Source: a virus | Virus record (IMG/VR): IMGVR_UViG_3300032236_001159 | Coordinates: 1-64,000 of that record | Strand: one strand, 5' to 3' | DNA: 64,000 nucleotides | Shown here: positions 24,849-33,853 of the stretch, piece after piece | Position numbering within the stretch: the first letter of the stretch is position 1 | How the letters are laid out: the number at the start of each line of letters is the position of its first letter | The notes under the pieces: model-generated | Told to the model about the DNA's origin: nothing | Databases searched by the model: none | The model's input: only the letters and a program-made list of their open reading frames with translations | Made by a program: the position numbers and the translations under genes

Positions 24849-25514
24849 TTATTTGAATTGAGAATCAGGTTCCATTGGAATCCAATAATTCAAATTATAC
24901 TTCTCATTTGTGAATTGGGAAATAAGTTTAGATGAAATCACAACATCATAATTTGTTGGAATAATTTTAAGATTTTCAACTTTAAAATTAAAAACAAATT
25001 CTTTATCAGTTTCTCCCACGGTAATTGAATACTCATTGGAAGTATCAGTTCTCTTATCTCTTACAACCAAACGAATTACACCAGCATCACCAATTACAGA
25101 TAGATCATTTAATTGATATACCGCAGATGCTTTTTTCAATTTATCTAAATGGGAATGATCAAGTTGAAAACAAACATCTTTGGAAGGAAGTTCAATTTCT
25201 TTTTCTGGCGCAGATACAATTACTTCTGGGTCAGCAAAGAAATATTTTACCTTACGTTTTCCTTCCCGAATCACAAGATAATTATCATTTGAGAAATCAA
25301 GTTCTGGATCTTGGTGAAGACTAAGACCATTTAGAAATTGATTCAAATCATAAATTGCAAAGTCTTTTGGGAATTCTTCTTCGACTTCTGCCTGAGCTAA
25401 AATAGTTTTTATTACAGACATAGTGCGAATTTTTGATCCACTTTTCACAAGAATAGATTGATTAATTGACGCAAAGTTTTTAAGAATTGAAATCGTATTT
25501 TCGGATAGTTTCAT
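24849..25514 (-). CDS. gp45: Sliding clamp (gp45)
   Basis: MKLSENTISILKNFASINQSI, FAIYDLNQFL, FKVENLKI. Confidence 0.95.
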   Translation of the reverse strand: MKLSENTISILKNFASINQSILVKSGSKIRTMSVIKTILAQAEVEEEFPKDFAIYDLNQFLNGLSLHQDPELDFSNDNYLVIREGKRKVKYFFADPEVIVSAPEKEIELPSKDVCFQLDHSHLDKLKKASAVYQLNDLSVIGDAGVIRLVVRDKRTDTSNEYSITVGETDKEFVFNFKVENLKIIPTNYDVVISSKLISQFTNEKYNLNYWIPMEPDSQFK

Positions 25515-25819
25515 TTAAATTCACCCAATCCATTATCAACACGGCTATAATGCTTATCGAAGTGAAGAAGTAGCATAGCATAGTGAATGACCTTAAGTAA
25601 ATCACGCTTGTTACGCCCGTTTTTCTGTCCATACCTAGACCCATATTTCAAGATGTTCACTTGACAGAAGTCTTGTGCAAGTCCTTTGGAAGCAGCCAAA
25701 TCGATGGTTTGAATATCTTCATATCCTTCTTCACTACCAACATAATGGCTGCCATATGTACTCAGAACATATTCGGTTATATCTTTTAGAATTTGTTCTT
25801 CATTGTACTTCCATTTCAT
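25511..25819 (-). CDS. DUF3310-like protein
   Basis: SHY...FCQVNILKYGSRYGQKNG...DLLKVIHY pattern. Confidence 0.7.
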   Translation of the reverse strand: MKWKYNEEQILKDITEYVLSTYGSHYVGSEEGYEDIQTIDLAASKGLAQDFCQVNILKYGSRYGQKNGRNKRDLLKVIHYAMLLLHFDKHYSRVDNGLGEFK

Positions 25820-25843
25820 AATCTATAATCAAACTACTTTAAA

Positions 25844-25872
25844 ATAGTAGCACAAAAAACAAGAAAAGTCAA
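25844..25872 (-). promoter_or_regulatory. Sigma70-like promoter upstream of the gp45 operon
   Basis: TTGACT-17 nt-TACTAT with extended TG. Confidence 0.6.
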
Positions 25873-27836
25873 GTTAGTATCTTAGAGAATCCTTTCACTT
25901 TTTCAAATGTGATGATTTTATCGAACTTATCAATCAATTCATCTGTCTTATGTGAAATCACAAACACATTAGTATCTTTAATAACATACTTAATAATTTT
26001 TGTGAAATAATCAGTTCCAGTATTATCCAAAGAACTATCAAAAACTTCATCTAAAATTAAAAGATTTGTAGAAACACTATTTTTCATTCTAGCAATTTCT
26101 CTCCAAGTAAAAAGAATTGCTAAGTTAATTCTCATCTTTTCACCTTCACTAAAACTTTCATAACTAAAATCTTCGTGAATAGGAGATTTAATATGCTCCT
26201 TGAATTCATCATCAAGAGTAAAGTTGATATAAAAATCCATCAATTGAAGGTACTTATTGATTTGTTGATTCATCAATGGAATATACTTTTGAATAATCTT
26301 AGATTTAACTCCACCATCCTTCATTAAAAGTTGAGCAAAGTCGAAATAATTTACACTTTCTTTATATTTTGATTTCTTTTTAAAATTATCAATTTGTTCT
26401 TTTTTTAATTTTTCTAATTTTTCGTGTTCGGTACTTCGATTTTTAAGTTGTTCTGTAATGGTTCGAATTTCATTTTCCAAATCCTTGATCTGTCTTCTAG
26501 TAGCATTAATTTTAATATTATTTTGGGAAATATTATTTGTAAGTTTTGAAATTTCTTTCGTGAGGATATTAAATTTACTTTCTCTTTCCTCTTCTTCTTT
26601 AATTGCTTTCTCTAATTCTTCATATCCAGTTTGCATCTCCTTCACTTTATCTTGAGAATCTTTGAGTTTTTTTATTCTAAATTCTTCATCAATGGACTGG
26701 GTACAAGTAGGACATATCGTATTTTCATTAAAGAATTTATGTTCTTCGGCAATTGATGATATTTTTTGACTAATTTTTCCTTTTAAATTTCCAAGTTTAC
26801 GAAGTTTTTCTGCATATCCTGTTATTTCATCTTGCTCTTGAATATATTTACTAAGTGGGTCTTCAAGGGAAGAGTTATATTCCATAAGATCATTGATTTC
26901 GACATCTAAATCGGAAATTTTCCGATTATTAATATCAATCTTTTCATTTCCACGATTTTCCAATTCTTCAATAAATTCAGTCTGCATTAAAATCTTTTCA
27001 TCAATTGATTTTTCGAGCAAAGTGAATTCTTTTATTTTTTCATTTGAATTTCTTATTTTTTCTTTTAAAATGGAATTCATTGTTGAAAATATTTTAATGT
27101 CCAATAAGTCTTCCACAACTTCACGACGATGTGCTGCCGAAAGTTGCATAAAAGGTACAAAGGACGCACTTCCAAGAATTACAATTTGAGTAAATGATTT
27201 ATAATTTAATTTGAGTATTGTATCTTCTAAGTATTTTTGCTGGTCGTTTGATGCTGCTACCTGATTTTGCAAAACACCATCGATCCAAATTTCAAAAATG
27301 TTTGGCTTAATTCCCCTTATGACTTTATATTCTTTATCGGAAATATTAAATTCAACTTCAACTAAACATTCTTTTTCATTGGTCGAATTGATCATTTGAT
27401 TTTTTACAATCTTTCTAAATGCTTTATTGAATAGAACAAAACATAAAGCATCTAACATTGTTGAGTTATGAGACAATATTCCATTAGTATAAAATCTATG
27501 ATTATTTGAATTTACTGTAAAATCATACATATTTTCATAGACATCATACAATTTCACACATTTGACCATTTCTGGCCCATCTTTGGTCATAATATAAGAT
27601 TCATCAGGTATGAGATTTTTTACAAAAATCTCATTATAATTCTCTGTGAATAATATATGATCATCAGCGCATTCCAACACCAAACCATTATAAGTTTCTA
27701 TTCTCCATTTTTGATATGGAATTGTTTTATGGATGTGCGTAACTTCTTCCCATCCGGTATCTGTTTCAATTTCCCAGTCGGTTAGATTTATACTATTGAT
27801 AAATTTTCTATTTACTGTTTCAGAAAGTTCAAACAT
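25869..27836 (-). CDS. gp46: gp46 (Rad50/SbcC-like) C-terminal precursor: 124-aa split-intein C fragment plus 531-aa C-extein
   Basis: ...YDFTV...FYTNGILSHN|STMLDALCF; CPTC zinc hook, FSEGEKMR signature, LLILDEVFD Walker B, ISH. Confidence 0.93.
   Translation of the reverse strand: MFELSETVNRKFINSINLTDWEIETDTGWEEVTHIHKTIPYQKWRIETYNGLVLECADDHILFTENYNEIFVKNLIPDESYIMTKDGPEMVKCVKLYDVYENMYDFTVNSNNHRFYTNGILSHNSTMLDALCFVLFNKAFRKIVKNQMINSTNEKECLVEVEFNISDKEYKVIRGIKPNIFEIWIDGVLQNQVAASNDQQKYLEDTILKLNYKSFTQIVILGSASFVPFMQLSAAHRREVVEDLLDIKIFSTMNSILKEKIRNSNEKIKEFTLLEKSIDEKILMQTEFIEELENRGNEKIDINNRKISDLDVEINDLMEYNSSLEDPLSKYIQEQDEITGYAEKLRKLGNLKGKISQKISSIAEEHKFFNENTICPTCTQSIDEEFRIKKLKDSQDKVKEMQTGYEELEKAIKEEEERESKFNILTKEISKLTNNISQNNIKINATRRQIKDLENEIRTITEQLKNRSTEHEKLEKLKKEQIDNFKKKSKYKESVNYFDFAQLLMKDGGVKSKIIQKYIPLMNQQINKYLQLMDFYINFTLDDEFKEHIKSPIHEDFSYESFSEGEKMRINLAILFTWREIARMKNSVSTNLLILDEVFDSSLDNTGTDYFTKIIKYVIKDTNVFVISHKTDELIDKFDKIITFEKVKGFSKILT
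27465..27836 (-). mobile_element. Split intein C fragment (IntC, 124 aa)
   Basis: Block B LECADDH, block F MYDFTV, block G FYTNGILSHN followed by Ser+1. Confidence 0.92.
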
Positions 27837-28876
27837 TCTTCAATTACCTTTTCTTTTTTAAATTTGTAATCATTTTCATTTACTCTATGAATTAAATATC
27901 CATACTTTTTATAAATTTCATCTCTCTCTTCATCTCTATTTTTATTGCCCCTACCAACCAATCCGTGCCAATAAGTACCATCAAATTCAATTATTTTTTT
28001 GCTATTTGTATCTATAAAATCTGGAAGTAACAATTTATCTAATTTTAATCTCAACTCATTATTTTTTCCAGATTTATCTGGTTTTTTATTTTCGTCAAGT
28101 TCTGCAAAAAATATGCTATCCAAAGAGTTCAAATGTGAAGAAATTTCCCAAAATAACAATTGAGATATTTTTGAAAAATTTGATTTTCTATAAGATTTGT
28201 GCCACTTTTCTTGTCTATCTAGCCATTTCTTTTTTCCATCTTTTTCACCATATTTTTCAATACATTTTTTAAGAGTGAAAGTAGATTGTTCTTGTGATAT
28301 TTTTTCTCTTGCTTCCACTTCATTAAATCCTCTAACAATCCAATATTCAATACATCTTTTTGATGATACTCTTTGGATTTTATTGTTATCTTTTGCTTTT
28401 TTAGATCCTTTGTTGTTGTTTTTTTCTTTCTGTTTTTTTGCCAATTCTATGGATTCTTCTTCATTATAACCTGCTTTTAACCAATATTCTTTTCTAATTG
28501 GTCTTCTTGAATCTCTTTCATAATTTGCCTCACTTTCTGTATAATTTTTACCAGTATTTGGATTTATTTTAGAAGTCCAAAATTCTTTTGAATATGGACT
28601 TACATTTCCTTTCATAGAATTTTTCTTTGATTTAAAATGTGCCTCACCCTCTCCCCATCCACGAGAAATCCAATATTGTTTTGTGTGCTTTCCCATCTCT
28701 GGAAGTGAAAGAAGTTTAGACACATAAGATTTGCATTTTACGACATTTGATGCTTCTGGAACACTTTGAAGTTCTATAAAAAGTTTTTGTCTTAAATCAG
28801 GATGAAGATTTTGTATCTTTTCATCAAGACATTCTTCAATTTTTTCTTGAATGGTTCTACTTCTTTTGTGCGTCAT
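27812..28876 (-). mobile_element. Free-standing Vsr/EDxHD-like homing endonuclease between the intein halves
   Basis: C-terminal PDF...IIEFDGTYWHG...RDEERD...GYLIHRVNE; N-terminal YWxxxGxxExE repeats; AGGGGA RBS. Confidence 0.82.
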
Positions 28877-29075
28877 AAAAGTCCCCTACTGTGGTTTCTA
28901 AAATTTCTCCGGTAATTTTATTTCTTACCTTTATTTTAGTATTTATACAAAAACACTTACCAGAACCATTAGTTCCAACAATCAATGTCGTAGGAACTTC
29001 GGTAAAATTAATTTCTGTTGGTGTATTTCCAGAAGACAAAAAATTTTTAAATTTTATTCGCTTGAATAGTATCAT
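28857..29075 (-). CDS. gp46: gp46 N-terminal precursor: 40-aa N-extein plus 32-aa split-intein N fragment
   Basis: MILFKRIKFKNFLSSGN...LIVGTNGSGK|CFCINTKI...; the Walker A motif is broken just before its Ser. Confidence 0.92.
   Translation of the reverse strand: MILFKRIKFKNFLSSGNTPTEINFTEVPTTLIVGTNGSGKCFCINTKIKVRNKITGEILETTVGDFYDAQKK
28860..28955 (-). mobile_element. Split intein N fragment (IntN, 32 aa)
   Basis: Block A CFCINTKIKV starts with Cys1 directly after GK. Confidence 0.88.
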
Positions 29076-29331
29076 ATTCTCTTGGTGGTATTACAAAATC
29101 ATTTGAATTAATTATAACATAATTGTACCCATACATCTCACATGTTTTTATTACTAGATGATCATCAACTTCAACTACATCCATTTCTGGATAATCTTCC
29201 GCTTCTAATAGTCCAGAATAACGTTCAGCATCATCAATATCTTCGAAAAGATACAAAGCTCTTTCACCATCTTCGTCAATTACGGAATATGCTCCCTCAT
29301 CTTCTTTTCCTTTAATCGTAAGTATATACAT
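29047..29331 (-). CDS. Conserved hypothetical protein between gp47 and gp46
   Basis: EGAYSV...LFEDIDDAERY...DFVIPP; syntenic position. Confidence 0.8.
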   Translation of the reverse strand: MYILTIKGKEDEGAYSVIDEDGERALYLFEDIDDAERYSGLLEAEDYPEMDVVEVDDHLVIKTCEMYGYNYVIINSNDFVIPPREYDTIQANKI

Positions 29332-30374
29332 CAGGTTGCTTCCAATGCTTCTTTATATACATCTCGAAGTAGTTTTTTGATTATAGTTTTATCCAAACCA
29401 AATTCTGCCTCTTCTACATATTTATCTAAAATGGATAAAGTATCTTCGGCAGATATTTCTTCACAATCCACACTTTCATCATCAATATCAACAATTTCTA
29501 CAACTTTCAAATCCAAAGGTGAAGATTTTACAATTTCATCTAAAAATTTATCAAAATTTAATTGATTAGTTTTTTTTCTGACTATAATTTTTACAATTTT
29601 ATCTTTTAAAATTGAACAATCTATTTTTTTCGCATCACTATCTTCATAGTAGATTCTTTCAAATATATTGTATGGATTTTTAAAGTATTCTAATTCATAA
29701 GTATTGGTATCAAAAATATGAAATCCTCTAGTATCATCCACATCACTCCAAAACATTTGATAAGGATTTCCGAGGTAAAATACTTTTCCATTATCAGATT
29801 TAGTATGATAATGTCCGGTAAATACTCTATCAAATTTTTCAAATTTTTCAGTAGACAATCCATCAGTCATAATATGACCGGGATATGCAGAAAATCCATT
29901 CAACTCCAAATGACCAAAAACAACTTTTGCTTTGGTTTCTTGAATTAAATTAAAAGTTTCTTCTTCATTATCAGAACAAATCCAAGGAAGAACCAAAGAA
30001 TTCATTCCTCCAATACAAATTTCTGTTGGTCTTGAAATTGGTATTACATTATCATATTGTCTCAATAATCCATCAACTGCATTTACTTCATTAGAATTTT
30101 TATAATAAGAATCGTGATTTCCTACTATATTATAAACCGTAATTCCTAATTTTTCAAATCGGTCATAAACATTCTTCTTTGCCCATTCTAATGCCCAATA
30201 ATCAACACCTTTGCGATTATCAAAAGCATCTCCCAAATGAACTACTGTTTTGATTTTTCTTTTTTCTAATGTAGGAAAAAATACTTCATCATAAAATTTA
30301 GCAAAGTAGTCATGAAAAGATTTATTTGCTTTCTTGAATCCATAGTGAGTGTCTGTTACAAGTCCGAGTTTCAT
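29331..30374 (-). CDS. gp47: Recombination endonuclease subunit (gp47, Mre11/SbcD-like)
   Basis: TDTHYG, HLGDAFD, VGNHD, GHLE, GHYH metallophosphoesterase motifs. Confidence 0.95.
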   Translation of the reverse strand: MKLGLVTDTHYGFKKANKSFHDYFAKFYDEVFFPTLEKRKIKTVVHLGDAFDNRKGVDYWALEWAKKNVYDRFEKLGITVYNIVGNHDSYYKNSNEVNAVDGLLRQYDNVIPISRPTEICIGGMNSLVLPWICSDNEEETFNLIQETKAKVVFGHLELNGFSAYPGHIMTDGLSTEKFEKFDRVFTGHYHTKSDNGKVFYLGNPYQMFWSDVDDTRGFHIFDTNTYELEYFKNPYNIFERIYYEDSDAKKIDCSILKDKIVKIIVRKKTNQLNFDKFLDEIVKSSPLDLKVVEIVDIDDESVDCEEISAEDTLSILDKYVEEAEFGLDKTIIKKLLRDVYKEALEAT

Positions 30375-30877
30375 TGATTCATCTTAATATGCACATTATC
30401 TTTAATTGTATTGTAGTCAGAATTAAATCCGGTTTCATCTGATGTGAACACTTCTTCAAATCCACTACGTTCAATTAATTTATCTTTAATTTCCATTTGC
30501 CTCTTTTCTCTTTGAATTCTGCGAAGAAAGGCATAATAAACAATTTGAGTAAAATAAGCAAATGGATTGGTTCTTTCTACATCAAAATTATGAATATATT
30601 GAACTGCATTTTCTACTCCATCACTTATCATATCTTCACGAAACATATAATTTACAAAATTTGGTCTATATGATAAGTGAGTAGCAATTTTTAAAAAACA
30701 ATCTCCAATATAATTTGGTATTTTTGGTTTTCCTTCCCAAGGTCCATTATTTGGAGGATACTTATCATATTTTTCAAAATATTTTTCCTTTGCGATATCA
30801 ATTTTCATTTTATATGCAATTAAAGCATCGTGAAAATCTTTATTATTTACATAATGTGGATTTTTTCTTTCTTTCAT
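30371..30877 (-). CDS. gp55: Late-transcription sigma factor (gp55)
   Basis: HYVNN, NFVNYMFREDMISDG, NPFAYFTQIVYYAFLRRIQREK. Confidence 0.95.
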   Translation of the reverse strand: MKERKNPHYVNNKDFHDALIAYKMKIDIAKEKYFEKYDKYPPNNGPWEGKPKIPNYIGDCFLKIATHLSYRPNFVNYMFREDMISDGVENAVQYIHNFDVERTNPFAYFTQIVYYAFLRRIQREKRQMEIKDKLIERSGFEEVFTSDETGFNSDYNTIKDNVHIKMNQ

Positions 30878-30903
30878 TATTTTATGAATTTTAATTTATC
30901 TCC

Positions 30904-30932
30904 ATTATATCACAATAATTGTTTATCCGCAA
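30904..30932 (-). promoter_or_regulatory. Sigma70 promoter for gp55
   Basis: TTGCGG-17 nt-TATAAT with an extended TGn -10. Confidence 0.65.
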
Positions 30933-30936
30933 AGAC

Positions 30937-30965
30937 TTGACATTGGTTTGGATAACAGTTAGAAT
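30937..30965 (+). promoter_or_regulatory. Plus-strand (antisense) sigma70-like promoter
   Basis: TTGACA-17 nt-TAGAAT on the plus strand. Confidence 0.55.
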
Positions 30966-30998
30966 CACTCTGTTAGGGTTGATAGATAAGTTATATCT

Positions 30999-31394
30999 TT
31001 AAGTATTAGAAGATTTATAGATTTTTTCGAGGGATATTCTGGCTTCAGAAATTGAAGAAATATATCCCATATTCGGGCTTATTTTTGACTTATTGGTTTT
31101 TTTATTTAAATCTTTGAGATATTTTTCATACATTTTAATAATAGATGATTCATTGATTTCTGTCATAGTAATAATTTTATCAATATCAACAATAAACATT
31201 GTATCATCTGTAAGTTTTATCCAAGGAACTATTTTAAGTGCTGTCATCCCAAGTTGTTTCATAGTAATGGTTTCCATTATAACTGGATTGTCCAAAATTA
31301 AAATAATTCTGTCTTCTTCTTCACAGGGACAAACTTTGGAGAAAACTTCTTCTCCGGATATCATTTTTATGGTTGCGTAAAATTCTTCGTACAT
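30999..31394 (-). CDS. Conserved hypothetical protein, Sm-like fold candidate
   Basis: IKMISGEEVFSKV...LDNPV...VPWIKLTDD...DKIITMTE; MGYISS C-terminal motif. Confidence 0.75.
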   Translation of the reverse strand: MYEEFYATIKMISGEEVFSKVCPCEEEDRIILILDNPVIMETITMKQLGMTALKIVPWIKLTDDTMFIVDIDKIITMTEINESSIIKMYEKYLKDLNKKTNKSKISPNMGYISSISEARISLEKIYKSSNT

Positions 31395-32858
31395 TTATTT
31401 TTTAAAATCTATTTGTATAATTTCATAATTAAATTTTTCTTCATTATAAATTTGAATTCTTTCTACAAGATGATTCAATGTATAATTTTTCTTTGATTTA
31501 TAAGTAGTATCATCTGCTATATCGTATAATATTGCTTTTGTTTTACTTTCACTTGTTCTTAGAACTCTACCAATTGATTGTAGATTTCTAACTCTGGATT
31601 TTGAAGGAGAAGCAAAGATAACATTGTGTAGGTTTTTAATGTTAATTCCAGTAGAGAATGTACCATAAGATGCAACAATGATTGCATTATCTTCTTTTTC
31701 AGTAATTGCTCTTACTTGCTCTCTTTCCTCAGCATCCACTCCACCATGAACAAAAAATATTTTTCTTTCATCTGATGCTGAACTATTTATGAGTTCATAG
31801 AGAGGTTGTCCGTGAGTTTCCACACGATTAAAAAGAACTAAACTATTTCCTTTTAAATCTAAAGTCAGATTTTTGATAAATTTATTTCTTTTTTCGTGAG
31901 TAATTAAATATTGAATTTCATCCTCATATTCATCAAATCTTTGTGGATTATGCTTCAATAAAAGAACTTTAATATCTAATTTTGATAGATGTCCCTTTTC
32001 TATGAGTTCTTTTGTTTGTGTGACTTTGTAAGAAGGACCAAACAATCCTTCAAGAACCCATTTATGCGTCTGAGACCCATCCAGAGTGCCCGTGAACCCG
32101 TATCTGTATTTGGTGCCATCCATCTTTGTCATAATGCCCGTAATGGACTTGCTACGGGCAAGATGGCACTCATCTATGATGACAGTATCAAAAGTATTAA
32201 AGAACTTTCTATCCATCTTATACAGACTTTGCCAAGTTGAAATAGTTACATTTTTATCTGTTTGCTTTTCTTTTCCCGAATAAATCTGATGACAATGTTC
32301 ATCTACATTCCATCCATAATCTTCAAAATCTTTATAGATTTGACTTACAAGAGAAGTAGTTGGAACAATAATCAAAGTGTTCAAATCTTTGTCAGTATAA
32401 TAACGAACCAAAGAATAAATCATCAAACTTTTTCCACTTCCAGTTGGAGAGATTAAAAGTTTACGATTATATTTTAAAGCATCATAAACTCCATCAATTT
32501 GGTACTCTCTTGGTGAATATTTACAAATTGAATTAATGTAATCTTTTACACCCTCTCTGGATATATTTTCATTTTCTTCAAATGGATCACCGTAAAATTT
32601 ATTATGTTTGAACTCTACTTTGTAATCTGATTTTTTTGCCCAAGATACAACTTTATCAAGCAATCCCGCATAAATTTCCCCAGTGTGATTGCTGTATAAA
32701 TGAATTTTTCCATCCCAGTATTTGTTTCTATACTGTGGCATAAACTTTGCACCAGGAACTTCAAAAGTAAAATAATCAAATAACTCTTGATGTATATGTG
32801 GTTCTGCTTCTATTTTGATATAAATTTCATTCTTTTTTTGTATAATTAAATCAACCAT
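31395..32858 (-). CDS. uvsW: UvsW SF2 RNA-DNA/DNA helicase
   Basis: SPTGSGKS, DECH, FTGT, STGINI, QSIGR. Confidence 0.95.
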   Translation of the reverse strand: MVDLIIQKKNEIYIKIEAEPHIHQELFDYFTFEVPGAKFMPQYRNKYWDGKIHLYSNHTGEIYAGLLDKVVSWAKKSDYKVEFKHNKFYGDPFEENENISREGVKDYINSICKYSPREYQIDGVYDALKYNRKLLISPTGSGKSLMIYSLVRYYTDKDLNTLIIVPTTSLVSQIYKDFEDYGWNVDEHCHQIYSGKEKQTDKNVTISTWQSLYKMDRKFFNTFDTVIIDECHLARSKSITGIMTKMDGTKYRYGFTGTLDGSQTHKWVLEGLFGPSYKVTQTKELIEKGHLSKLDIKVLLLKHNPQRFDEYEDEIQYLITHEKRNKFIKNLTLDLKGNSLVLFNRVETHGQPLYELINSSASDERKIFFVHGGVDAEEREQVRAITEKEDNAIIVASYGTFSTGINIKNLHNVIFASPSKSRVRNLQSIGRVLRTSESKTKAILYDIADDTTYKSKKNYTLNHLVERIQIYNEEKFNYEIIQIDFKK

Positions 32859-33279
32859 AACCTGCGGTAAACCTCATATATTCAATACTATTTTTTATTT
32901 GATAAGTTCTATTCATTATTGCTTTCAGAATACTATCCAAATAATTCAACATTGTTTGGTAATATTCTATTTTTGATATGGATTTTAAAATGTCCTCATC
33001 GGCATCCATATACTTATCTATATCCTGTCGTAATACCTTATAATCAAATGGATTTTTTACATAAACTTCAGGATTTGATTTTCCAGAAAAATACATCCAT
33101 TTTTCTTTTTTTAATATTTTAAATTTGTTTTCTTCTAATTTTTTAAGAAGAAGAATATTATTATAAATTTTATAATATTTTGCGTGAAGTGAAGGTATTT
33201 TGATTGATTCTTCGTGTAAATTATCTGGATCTATTTTTGCGTCTTCTTCCCATAACGATTGAATTTCATCAAGATTCAT
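32851..33279 (-). CDS. uvsY: Recombination mediator UvsY
   Basis: IPSLHAKY, YFSGK, YMDAD, RTYQIKNSIEYMRF. Confidence 0.9.
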   Translation of the reverse strand: MNLDEIQSLWEEDAKIDPDNLHEESIKIPSLHAKYYKIYNNILLLKKLEENKFKILKKEKWMYFSGKSNPEVYVKNPFDYKVLRQDIDKYMDADEDILKSISKIEYYQTMLNYLDSILKAIMNRTYQIKNSIEYMRFTAGYG

Positions 33280-33282
33280 AAA

Positions 33283-33831
33283 TCATAAAACAACTATATC
33301 ATATATAGAATACTTAAATTGGACCCTTGCTGTCACGTAATTAATATCAGATTCCTTTGAATCAAATTGAACTGTGGATAAACTTATTGGAAATAAGTCT
33401 TTAAAATGAACTTGCGATATAATATTAAAATTGCTGTTGTATATGAACAAAGTAGCATCTGAATATTCATTATATGAATTTTTTCCCGCATTATCCGGCA
33501 AATATTCATTATTATTTTTTAAATCTATAAATTCTTGAATGCTATATGGATAACCAAGTCCCCTTAACCACTTATGAACTTCAAGATAATTTTCTAAGTT
33601 TTCATCTATAAAAAATTCTAAAGAAAAGTCATCATAAGTTATTTTATCACCTGGAACTGGAATATCTTTGAGATATGTTGGTTGCATTGCAACACCAAGA
33701 TTAATTCCTGGAATTTCTGCTGAATTTGAAAAGAAATCTACTTTTGGTAATTTTGTAACAGAAAATTTGAATCCAACTGGAGACAAAAAGTTTCTATTTG
33801 ATAATTGCTTAGACCAAGGAGTTTGAGACAT
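33283..33831 (-). CDS. gp3: Tail tube terminator / tail completion protein (gp3-like)
   Basis: NRNFLSPVGFKF, IPGINLG, FKDLFPISLS; located after gp23. Confidence 0.85.
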   Translation of the reverse strand: MSQTPWSKQLSNRNFLSPVGFKFSVTKLPKVDFFSNSAEIPGINLGVAMQPTYLKDIPVPGDKITYDDFSLEFFIDENLENYLEVHKWLRGLGYPYSIQEFIDLKNNNEYLPDNAGKNSYNEYSDATLFIYNSNFNIISQVHFKDLFPISLSTVQFDSKESDINYVTARVQFKYSIYDIVVL

Positions 33832-33853
33832 TTTTATTTCTATTTATTTTCAT

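Noticed and set aside
25869-29075. gp46 as a pseudogene, a group I intron insertion, or a frameshifted canonical intein
   Set aside because: All catalytic motifs of gp46 and the intein are intact. The three ORFs overlap, leaving no room for a ribozyme core. The endonuclease lies between blocks A and B, not at the canonical B-F position, and the two downstream ORFs have their own ATG and SD-like elements.
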